This document shows positions 38,889 to 46,967 of a stretch of 64,000 bases of DNA, in pieces. The DNA lies in NCBI GenBank assembly GCA_965222235.1, contig OZ244939.1, positions 248,585 to 312,584 on the forward strand, read 5' to 3'. Source of the stretch: Minisyncoccota bacterium (GTDB taxonomy: Bacteria; Patescibacteriota; Minisyncoccia; Phycocordibacterales; JABAAK01). Numbering within the stretch: the stretch's first letter is position 1; every line of letters begins with the position of its first letter. Both the position numbers and the translations under genes were made by a program. Below the pieces are notes generated by a model. The model was not told the origin of the DNA. It ran no database searches and worked only from the letters and a program-made list of their open reading frames with translations.

Positions 38889-39709
38889 AGTGCCAACTGT
38901 AAGGTCCCCACACAATCATTAAACCTACTTTTGCTTAATTCTAAATATTTTCGCTCTTTGTCAAAGCCGATAAATTTTCTCTTGTGGTTAAAAGCAGCAA
39001 TTCCTGTTGTGGAACTTCCTGCAAATGGATCTAACACAACATCTCCTTCGTTTGTACTCGCTAAAATAATTCTTTCCAACAAGTTAATCGGTTTTTGTGT
39101 CGGGTGTTTTCCGTGTTGTTTTTCATTGTTCCTCGGGGTGTTGATAGACCACACCGATCGCATCTGTTTTTTGGGTGTTTTCATCGTATCCCTGCTCCAA
39201 TCTCCTTCTTTCATAAGGGCATAATTAAACACTTGTTTACTTTTTTTATCTTTCTTTGCCCAAATTAATGTTTCGTGACTCGCAGTAAACATTCTGCAGG
39301 ATAAATTAGGCGAAGCATTCGGTTTGTACCATGCGACATCGTTGAGTATATGGTATCCTTCAAGCTGCAATGCAAAACCGCACTGATAAATAGAGTGATA
39401 AGTGCCGCTAATCCAGATGGTCCCGTTCGGTTTTAACACCCTCTTACAGGCACGGATCCAGTTTCTTTGAAATTCAAAATCTTTTTCTGTCCCCTTACTC
39501 TTATCCCACGATCCTTTGTTTACGCTAACTCTTTTACCTGCATGAACAGAGAAACCGTCATTAGACAAATTATACGGCGGATCTGCAAAAATAAGATCAA
39601 CGGAGTGCTCCGGTGTTTTGTCCAATAAATTTATGCAATCACCCTCATACAGAGTAAAATGAGGTGAATTTTCTTTATGAAAATATGGTTTTATGCCTGA
39701 AAGCCTCAT
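38885..39709 (-). CDS. DNA methyltransferase, beta-class N6-adenine/N4-cytosine (DPPY motif precedes the FxGxG motif)
   Basis: LIFADPPYN (motif IV) followed by C-terminal VLDPFAGSSTTGIAA (motif I). Start at the internal ATG 39709. Confidence 0.75.
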   Translation of the reverse strand: MRLSGIKPYFHKENSPHFTLYEGDCINLLDKTPEHSVDLIFADPPYNLSNDGFSVHAGKRVSVNKGSWDKSKGTEKDFEFQRNWIRACKRVLKPNGTIWISGTYHSIYQCGFALQLEGYHILNDVAWYKPNASPNLSCRMFTASHETLIWAKKDKKSKQVFNYALMKEGDWSRDTMKTPKKQMRSVWSINTPRNNEKQHGKHPTQKPINLLERIILASTNEGDVVLDPFAGSSTTGIAAFNHKRKFIGFDKERKYLELSKSRFNDCVGTLQLAL

Positions 39710-39734
39710 ATATACAGTATATGGCAAATTTTGG

Positions 39735-39760
39735 ATATATAGATTTGAAGGATGTGACAA
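39735..39760 (-). promoter_or_regulatory. Candidate sigma70-like promoter for the methyltransferase-endonuclease operon (TTGTCA ... TATATA)
   Basis: Hexamers read on the minus strand ~25 nt upstream of ATG 39709. The spacer looks slightly short (~14 nt). Confidence 0.3.
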
Positions 39761-39855
39761 TTTGTGCACAATTTCTACGCCAAATCGTCTAAAACTCACT
39801 ATTCTTCTTTGCTTTCTTCTGTAAGATGTTTTATGCCCCCCTCTATCCACTCAAG

Positions 39856-39929
39856 TAGCGGGGGTTGGATTTGAACCAACGACCTCCAGGTTATGAGCCT
39901 GGCGAGCTACCTGACTGCTCTACCCCGCT
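39856..39929 (-). tRNA. tRNA with CAT anticodon (elongator Met or lysidine-type Ile2)
   Basis: Reverse complement AGCGGGGTAGAGCAGTCAGGTAGCTCGCCAGGCTCATAACCTGGAGGTCGTTGGTTCAAATCCAACCCCCGCT. No GGG/CCC initiator signature in the anticodon stem. Confidence 0.8.
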
Positions 39930-40057
39930 TCACTGCCGCAGGGTATATATACGCCTCATACATTTCTCTCAATATATGTATGTCTGTACAGCGTGTTTCA
40001 TGATTACCTTACGACGTACCGCCAGTATACAAAAATTGAACAATAAATGCAAATACA

Positions 40058-41080
40058 CTATGCCCAATGCGGCAGGAGACCGAGCCAAATGAGCGCTTCT
40101 TTGTACACTGAAGAAACTTTCTCCGCCACCTGCCCCGTTATCACCACGCTGTCCCCGGATTCATCTCCGAGACCGCGCATCCGGACAATGACACTGTGAG
40201 CTTCCCAGAGCCGATCAATCATCCACAGATCGTCTTCAGTCATTTCCTGCAGTCTCCCGTGCAGATCAGTGCCCTCAAACCGAAGGAGTATCAGCACGCC
40301 GTCAAGCACCTCCTCAAAGCTGACAAACGCCCCCTTCCACGATTCGGCGTCGCCTGATTCCGCGGCGACGCGTGCGGTCTCCCACTGCTCCCGCAGCTGG
40401 CGCGTCCGCCGCTTATCCTGCATCAGGCGGGAAATGTAGGTCGCGCGAAGCGTATGCTGTTCATACCACACTGTCCGCTTTTTTTCATACCGATATCCGA
40501 TGTAGCCGAACGCCACAACCGGCAGTGCAAGCAGCGCCATGAGAATATATATTGTATTGAGATAGAAATTGCGGAACCAGTTCGTGTACTGCTGTGTCGC
40601 AACGGGGGTGATCTGATGCAACGGCACATCCCCGGACGGCGTGCCGGCGTGAAGAAAGAGGATCGATGACACCGGAACGGAAAACAGAGAAGAAAACACC
40701 GACAGCGGACGGTACTCCCCCTCAACGAAGGAGGGCTGCGCCTTCGCAAGAATGTGCACACGTGCTGTTCCTTCCTCTTTATCCACCGAGTCAACGATGC
40801 CGCAGGCACCGGCGGTAATCACCGTCTCGCCGATTGAAACTGAACTCGTCGTTACCACCGTCGCGCCCGGAATATAGTCAATGGTGCGGGGATCGGGAAA
40901 GTTCGCGTCGTCATCCACATTGCCGCAGAAACCGACAAGGGTTGTCGCGGCGATTGAAAGCACACCGAACACCAGCAGTGCCAAAAAGAATATTTCAACC
41001 GGCGTCTGCACTGACTCCAACACCTTTTCCCCTATCTCATCCGCAATAGAGCGGGATGCATCCTGTGAATCTTCAGCCAT
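40058..41080 (-). CDS. Hypothetical membrane protein (340 aa)
   Basis: Two TM helices and acidic termini. No family recognised. Confidence 0.45.
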   Translation of the reverse strand: MAEDSQDASRSIADEIGEKVLESVQTPVEIFFLALLVFGVLSIAATTLVGFCGNVDDDANFPDPRTIDYIPGATVVTTSSVSIGETVITAGACGIVDSVDKEEGTARVHILAKAQPSFVEGEYRPLSVFSSLFSVPVSSILFLHAGTPSGDVPLHQITPVATQQYTNWFRNFYLNTIYILMALLALPVVAFGYIGYRYEKKRTVWYEQHTLRATYISRLMQDKRRTRQLREQWETARVAAESGDAESWKGAFVSFEEVLDGVLILLRFEGTDLHGRLQEMTEDDLWMIDRLWEAHSVIVRMRGLGDESGDSVVITGQVAEKVSSVYKEALIWLGLLPHWA

Positions 41081-41110
41081 ACTACTTCCAGTATATATGA
41101 TAGTTCCGGA

Positions 41111-42508
41111 CTACATTGACTGTATATCACGCGCACAGGCGAACAATATATCCTCGCATCCGTATCCTGATATGCACTGCACACCCCGCGGCAGCCCGTC
41201 AGTCCGCATCGGCACCGACAGTGCCGGCAGACCGGTCAGATTCGCCTGAAGCGTCAGCCGGTCCTCGGCATACATAGCAAGCGGATCCTGCTTCTCGCCG
41301 GCAATAAACGCCGTATCAGGCGCCGTCGGCAAAAGCAACACCGGCACCTCGTGCAACGCCGTAAGAAACGCCGAGCGCATTGCCCTGCGCGCCGCCATTG
41401 CTTTTTTGTAGTATGCGTCATAGTAGCCGGCAGAGAGCACATAGGTGCCGACGACGATGCGCCGCGTCACCTCATCCCCGAATCCGGCGCTCCGGGTGTT
41501 GATATAGTCAGCCCACAGCGTGTCGCCATCAATATGCAGCCCGTACCGCATGCCGTCAAACCGGGCCAGGTTTGATGATGCCTCGGCAGGCTGAATGATG
41601 TAATATATCGGACCGGCATGCTCCATAACCGGCAATGACACGGTCCGAACGGTATACCCGCAGCTTTTAAGCGAACGTAGTGTTTCGTTAAACGCCGCCA
41701 TGGTTTCCGCCGATACGCCGATCGTCTCAAGACTGTCGGGCACACCGACTATTTTTTCACCGGAACACGAACCTGAATCGGTATAGAAATCAAGCGTACT
41801 GTCATACGCCTCCCCCTCACCGGCTATCACCTGAAATAACAGTGCGGCATCATCAACCGTACGCGCGAGCGGACCGATGACATCAAGTGACGAACCGAGT
41901 GCGATGAGTCCGTGGCGTGATACGGAGCCGTAGGTCGGTTTCAGACCGACCAGCCCGCAGAAACCTGCCGGCTGACGAATGGAGCCGCCGGTGTCCGAGC
42001 CGAGTGCCAGCGGTACCGCGCCCATAGCGACCGCCGCGGCCGATCCCCCCGAGGAACCTCCGGGCACCCGGGTGATATCGTGCGGATTGCGCGTCGGACC
42101 GTACACGGAATGTTCGGTGCTTGATCCCATCGCGAACTCATCCATATTCGTCCGACCGACCAGTACCGCCCCCTGTTCGCGCAACCTGGAGATGACCGCG
42201 GCATCATACGGCGAGATAAACCCCTCCAGTATGTGGGAAGCGGCGGTTGCGGCATGCCCTTTCACACAGATGTTGTCCTTCACTGCGACAGGAATGCCCG
42301 TCAGCGGCTGTGTGCGTCCTTCGGCAATCATCGCATCAGCGATGCACGCGTCCTCATCCGCGGAATCAAAGGTTTCAATGAACGCATTGACGGAGGGGTT
42401 TTTTTCAGTGATGATTCGGCGTGCTTCTGCCAGCAAATCCGCGGCGGATGTTCCGCCGTCCTTCAATGTCCGCTGCATGTCCCGCACTGTTGCCTCCGCG
42501 TACTTCAT
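41111..42508 (-). CDS. gatA: Glu-tRNA(Gln)/Asp-tRNA(Asn) amidotransferase subunit A
   Basis: Amidase signature GGSSGGSAAAVA...GSDTGGSIRQPA. Confidence 0.9.
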   Translation of the reverse strand: MKYAEATVRDMQRTLKDGGTSAADLLAEARRIITEKNPSVNAFIETFDSADEDACIADAMIAEGRTQPLTGIPVAVKDNICVKGHAATAASHILEGFISPYDAAVISRLREQGAVLVGRTNMDEFAMGSSTEHSVYGPTRNPHDITRVPGGSSGGSAAAVAMGAVPLALGSDTGGSIRQPAGFCGLVGLKPTYGSVSRHGLIALGSSLDVIGPLARTVDDAALLFQVIAGEGEAYDSTLDFYTDSGSCSGEKIVGVPDSLETIGVSAETMAAFNETLRSLKSCGYTVRTVSLPVMEHAGPIYYIIQPAEASSNLARFDGMRYGLHIDGDTLWADYINTRSAGFGDEVTRRIVVGTYVLSAGYYDAYYKKAMAARRAMRSAFLTALHEVPVLLLPTAPDTAFIAGEKQDPLAMYAEDRLTLQANLTGLPALSVPMRTDGLPRGVQCISGYGCEDILFACARDIQSM

Positions 42509-42777
42509 GACAATATCTTTTTAGAAAGAAACCAGTCCTTATGTCGCGCGGGCGCCTGAGCCAACATCTCATCGCGGTATATGCCGGCGGGCACCGTAAC
42601 GGCATCATCACGGAACATATTCACGCGACCGGCGAATTCGTCCGAACCGGCAACGGACTGCACTTCCGCGACAAATGAGAGAATATCCTCGACGGTCTCG
42701 CGCAGTTTTTCGCGTTCACCCTCACTCTTTTCAAGAAGCGAGAGGCGTATCGCCCGTTCAATGGCATCCTGTTCCAT
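42505..42777 (-). CDS. gatC: Amidotransferase subunit C
   Basis: ~90 aa, overlaps the gatA start by 4 nt. MEQDAIERAIRLSLL... Confidence 0.75.
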   Translation of the reverse strand: MEQDAIERAIRLSLLEKSEGEREKLRETVEDILSFVAEVQSVAGSDEFAGRVNMFRDDAVTVPAGIYRDEMLAQAPARHKDWFLSKKILS

Positions 42778-42827
42778 ATATGCATAATATACCGCAAAAA
42801 TACCGCACACCCAAATAACTACCCCCT

Positions 42828-43971
42828 AAGTTCAAACAAATAATAGAACACCTGTCATATACCAAGTAATACTGGAGACATATGACAAAAGCAAAGAAAA
42901 AGAGACGGGAACCGTTCACCCGTCTGAATATTCATGAACGGAGTAGTATTGAAGTGAGATACTGTGCTGACAAGAGATCCCTGCGGGAGATAGCGAAAGA
43001 GTTGGGCAGGTCACCGGGAACCATACATCGGGAAATAGGGGGAAAACCGAGAAAAGGAGTCGGACGGTACTGCGCGCTGAGGGCACAGCGGGAAGCAGAG
43101 AAAAGGATACACACCCGGGGGAGGAAAGGAGTGCTGACCGACAGAGCACTCCTTGGGTATGTGCGGGAGAAGATGGAGGAAGGATGGTCTCCCGAGCAGG
43201 TGAGTATTCGTCTTCCCCGGGAGTTTCCGGAGGACACAACCATGCGGGTATCTCATGAGACGATATATACCTTCATATATGCGCAGATTCACCAAAGCGG
43301 ACACGGTATCGTGAAACCGGGGTATCTAGACTTACGGTCTCTTCTGCCGAGAAGAAGGAAGAGACGCATACGGCAAGGAGTGAGAAACACACAGAAAACA
43401 GAACGAAGAGCGGCCTTGCCCTCCATTGAGGAGAGACCGGGGATAGAGGGGGTAATCGGTCATTGGGAAGGTGACACCATGCTCTCAAGGAAAAGCAGCG
43501 TTAGGGTAAAGAGTATGAATGAAAAGATGACCGGTCTGGCATTCTTTGAGAAAACAAAAGACGGTACCGCTGAGTCCTGTGACGCGGCAATCATCAGACG
43601 AATGCGCGCTGTCCCTCCGAGATACCGCAAGACCCTCACCCAGGACAGAGGGGCGGAGAATAGGGGGTACCGCACCGTTGAAAAAGAACTCAGTCTCTCC
43701 TGCTACTTCGCCCATCCGTACTGCTCTCATGAAAGAGGATCAAACGAGAACACCAACGGATTGTTCCGTCGGTGTTTCCCGAAGGGGACTGACTTTGACA
43801 AAAGCAATGACCGTGACATTGCCAAGGTTGAGTACCTATTGAATACCCGTCCCAGGAAACGCCTTACTGGTCTGACCCCTTACGAGGTATTCTACCGCAT
43901 GACCGGTGTCAATCTCCAGAGGATGGCATATTACAAACTGACAGGTGTTCAATTAGAAGTTTGAATGTAGG
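42828..43971 (+). mobile_element. IS30-family insertion sequence, copy 2 (identical to copy 1); possible 4-bp CCCT flanking duplication
   Basis: 1144/1144 identity with 20594..21737, same orientation. The flanks read ...cccct|IS|ccctg... Confidence 0.85.
42882..43964 (+). CDS. IS30-family DDE transposase (identical to 20648..21730)
   Basis: Identical 360-aa translation. Confidence 0.9.
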   Translation: MTKAKKKRREPFTRLNIHERSSIEVRYCADKRSLREIAKELGRSPGTIHREIGGKPRKGVGRYCALRAQREAEKRIHTRGRKGVLTDRALLGYVREKMEEGWSPEQVSIRLPREFPEDTTMRVSHETIYTFIYAQIHQSGHGIVKPGYLDLRSLLPRRRKRRIRQGVRNTQKTERRAALPSIEERPGIEGVIGHWEGDTMLSRKSSVRVKSMNEKMTGLAFFEKTKDGTAESCDAAIIRRMRAVPPRYRKTLTQDRGAENRGYRTVEKELSLSCYFAHPYCSHERGSNENTNGLFRRCFPKGTDFDKSNDRDIAKVEYLLNTRPRKRLTGLTPYEVFYRMTGVNLQRMAYYKLTGVQLEV

Positions 43972-44415
43972 CCCTGAGGCACGGCGACGGATAATCAAAA
44001 GTATCAATTGGCGGGGTTCATATTATTTCACTTCCCCGGATGACCGAGGAAACCACACGATATCTAGAAAGTCGTACTGCACTCTCTGTAGCAAACTCTG
44101 CCTGGATGCCAGTCTCTGGACATTCATGCTTGAGTACGAAAACGACATCTGCGCGTATGATACGGAAGAGCACAACGACCTGTCATATCGGTTTACGGCA
44201 TGACATACCCTGCGCTATTATTTATTATTTGGCGCGTTCGGGTATGTTGAAATCTTCTTTTACGCTCTCTTCCACCATCGGAGATTTATATATTCCTCTC
44301 AAAAGTCTGTTGAGTAAATCTTCAGATACGGGATCACACATTATGAAAGCATCAACGGAAAAATGTTTCGCAGTAATTGGCATCGGCTTATTACAGTCAA
44401 AACATGTTTTCTTTG

Positions 44416-44646
44416 TTAATGAACACTCTCTGCTATTCCTAGCACTTTGATATTCATCTTCCTCAACCAGTACCAGAGCATTTTGAACATAAAGATTTTT
44501 TTCTGTGTATATGAAATTCTTTTTTCTACCTGAGAGGTCGCCATAACGAGCAACACTTTTGACTTAACGGTGTTGCTCTTGCTGATAACAACCCATCTGT
44601 GACTTCCCTCACTGAAGTCATATACAAACACAGATCCGATACTCAT
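44416..44646 (-). CDS. Small protein (76 aa), candidate toxin partner of the Panacea-domain antitoxin
   Basis: Its start overlaps the PanA stop (ATGA). N-terminal beta-rich segment IGSVFVYDFSEGSHRWVVISKSN..VLLVMATSQ is vaguely MazF/PemK-like. Confidence 0.4.
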   Translation of the reverse strand: MSIGSVFVYDFSEGSHRWVVISKSNTVKSKVLLVMATSQVEKRISYTQKKIFMFKMLWYWLRKMNIKVLGIAESVH

Positions 44647-45293
44647 ATTCGCGCCGCTTCCAAAATTTTCTCTGCCTGCTTATGTTCGATATAAAGATCT
44701 CTCGCCGTTTTAAGATCACACACTCCGAGTATATCTTTATTGTTCCCCGTTGCCGCACTCAACAGTTCTTCCTCGTCTATGTCCTCCCACTTTTCGCTTT
44801 TTTCAAACTTCGCCCCTTCCGGATATATGTGCGTTTTTTCCCAAAACACCCCCCTGCTTTCCGGCTGCTTGAGATCCTTCCTGAATATGTTCCAAACAAA
44901 ATCAAGAACCTCCCGGTCAGTTTCAGACAATTGTTTCATATCCGTTTCTCTCACGGATTCTATTTTCATGCGCGGGCGGTTCCCATCTTTGGAAGGGGTG
45001 TTCGGGAATGCCGTGACCGCAATAAACTCACGCGCATACTTCACCTGTTCCGCCCTGTTTTCGTCATCGTTTGAACAGGACTCAATCAACTCGACCGTGT
45101 TTTTCGCAACCGGTCCCATCTGTTTCGCCTGATATAAATCACCCGTTATGGTCCGCAGGTAGTCGCAAATGTGTTTTTTGTCGGCAAAATACACTAGTTT
45201 GAGCATGTTTGTTTTGTACAGCGGAATACCTTCTTTTTCTGCCCTTGCCGCAAAAAAGCTGAGGACCTGCGTTGCCTTTTTATAATTAAACAT
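44643..45293 (-). CDS. Panacea-domain (DUF4065, SocA/PanA-like) antitoxin
   Basis: LKLVYFADKKHICDYLRTITGDLYQAKQMGPV matches the conserved KLLYFA...GPV core of DUF4065 proteins. Confidence 0.55.
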   Translation of the reverse strand: MFNYKKATQVLSFFAARAEKEGIPLYKTNMLKLVYFADKKHICDYLRTITGDLYQAKQMGPVAKNTVELIESCSNDDENRAEQVKYAREFIAVTAFPNTPSKDGNRPRMKIESVRETDMKQLSETDREVLDFVWNIFRKDLKQPESRGVFWEKTHIYPEGAKFEKSEKWEDIDEEELLSAATGNNKDILGVCDLKTARDLYIEHKQAEKILEAARI

Positions 45294-45503
45294 ACGCCTT
45301 ATGTATAAACAGTATACCTATTAACCGCCTTTTCACCAAATTCCGTGGAAAACTCCGTTTAAACCGTACGGTGGTGTTCATGATTTGACGCTTGAACTAA
45401 TCCGATACTTTTGCTCTGTTCAAAAGTTTCATTGGGCGGAGTGAACGGAACCACGCTTGAACTTGTGCGGCACTTCAAGAATGAAATAATCGGAGATGAC
45501 CAC

Positions 45504-45550
45504 TGATCCGTCTTTTCATTTTACCACCCCAAAAAACGCACTACAGAGCC
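45504..45550 (+). repeat. 47-bp element TGATCCGTCTTTTCATTTTACCACCCCAAAAAACGCACTACAGAGCC, copy A
   Basis: An exact inverted copy lies at 46304..46350, immediately upstream of the DUF805 start. Copy A is followed by hairpins and a T-rich tract. Confidence 0.7.
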
Positions 45551-45764
45551 AAGAAAAGTGCCATAACTATGGAAATGACCTACTCGCTCGCTCCGTACCG
45601 ACACTGAAGCCGTGTCGGCACATCGCTCGCTCATATTCCGGCACCAGCAAAGCCGGTGCCGGAGACAGATGGTGTCCCTACTTTTTCTTTGCAATTTCAT
45701 CCCGCCGCACATCGCCTCGCAAAGCGAGGCAGTGAACGGAAAAGAAAAAAGTAGGGACGCTCCA

Positions 45765-46295
45765 CTAAAATGTATGAAAGAGACACACCTCGCCGTCTTC
45801 ACAGTTCTGAGTATGAAACTTACTATAGATTGCACTAAATCCCAGAAATAAAAAAACAATAAAGAGAATAATAAAAAGAAAATGGTACCCACGAAACCTG
45901 GGCTGTTTTGTATGTTCGTCTATGTTTTTCCCTCGGAAAGCAGAGAGAACAAGTACGGTAGGTATATTTATCAAGGGAATGGCAATGAGGATAGAAAACC
46001 ATCGTGACCAGCCAATGTCATTGAGCCGTTTTGATGCAACAGGTATAAGGAGAAGTGGAAGTATAATTAAAAAACTCGCAATCGCGTCAATCCAGAAAGT
46101 AGGGTCCTTGAAAGTCTTATAAAGAGTGGTTGTAAAGTAAAGTAAGTATGTAAGTTCAATCAGCGGAAACCAGAGAAAATACAATGTCCAAACAAAAAAA
46201 GGCAATCTCCCCACACGCCCCTGAAACAATTTTTTGTGATCTGAAATAAGTTTTTTGATACTACCCATATACACAGAATATACCATGGGATACAT
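45765..46295 (-). CDS. DUF805-family inner membrane protein
   Basis: LFQGRVGRLPFFVWTLYFLW (GRxxRxxFW signature). The track ORF extends through tRNA-Ser, so the start is set at the internal ATG 46295. Confidence 0.6.
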   Translation of the reverse strand: MYPMVYSVYMGSIKKLISDHKKLFQGRVGRLPFFVWTLYFLWFPLIELTYLLYFTTTLYKTFKDPTFWIDAIASFLIILPLLLIPVASKRLNDIGWSRWFSILIAIPLINIPTVLVLSAFRGKNIDEHTKQPRFRGYHFLFIILFIVFLFLGFSAIYSKFHTQNCEDGEVCLFHTF

Positions 46296-46303
46296 TTTTT
46301 TCC

Positions 46304-46350
46304 GGCTCTGTAGTGCGTTTTTTGGGGTGGTAAAATGAAAAGACGGATCA
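46304..46350 (-). repeat. 47-bp element, copy B (inverted), forming the 5' leader/promoter region of the DUF805 gene
   Basis: Exact reverse complement of 45504..45550. Confidence 0.7.
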
Positions 46351-46431
46351 TAGGCGCGCGCCTGCGCGCGCTCCATCAAGGCACCGGCAAAGCCGGTGCC
46401 GAACACACGACCGACAGGGAGTGTGTCCCAC

Positions 46432-46524
<93 letters not shown>

Positions 46525-46568
46525 TGAATACATACCACCATATCACACAACCGCGGACACGAATACCC

Positions 46569-46958
46569 CTACTCAAACATAATATCGTCATCCCGCTCCC
46601 GAAGCCTGTCCAGATAACTTTGAAGGATAATTGTAGCGGCCTCCGCGTCACTCCCTCTACCTATTCGGGCGGCCTCCCGCGTGGAAAACTGTTCCGGATG
46701 CAGAACCACTTCGGCAACTCCGTGTAGTGCGTCAGCAATATCACGAATATGCGCCATAACCGGATTGTCAGATCCGTCCAGCGCATACGACGCGCCGATG
46801 ACGACCGTACCGATGCGTCTCTCAGCGATGAGTGCGGTGATGGATGCAACACACTCGGACCGGGAGACAACCGAAAGTGGAAATGCGACCGTGCCGCCGT
46901 CATCAGAAACGGCGATGCCCACGCGCTTTTCACCGATATCAGCACCGAGATATTTCAT
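46569..46958 (-). CDS. ruvX: Holliday-junction resolvase-like YqgF/RuvX
   Basis: MKYLGADIGEKRVGIAVSD... typical RuvX N-terminus, 129 aa. Confidence 0.8.
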   Translation of the reverse strand: MKYLGADIGEKRVGIAVSDDGGTVAFPLSVVSRSECVASITALIAERRIGTVVIGASYALDGSDNPVMAHIRDIADALHGVAEVVLHPEQFSTREAARIGRGSDAEAATIILQSYLDRLRERDDDIMFE

Positions 46959-46967
46959 ATATTCATG

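Noticed and set aside
44416-44646. Confident MazF/PemK assignment for the 76-aa ORF; possible frameshift at the A7 run (44496..44502)
   Set aside because: Only the first ~40 aa resemble the MazF beta-strand pattern. Alternative frames across the homopolymer do not recover MazF-like sequence. Kept as an unclassified candidate toxin.
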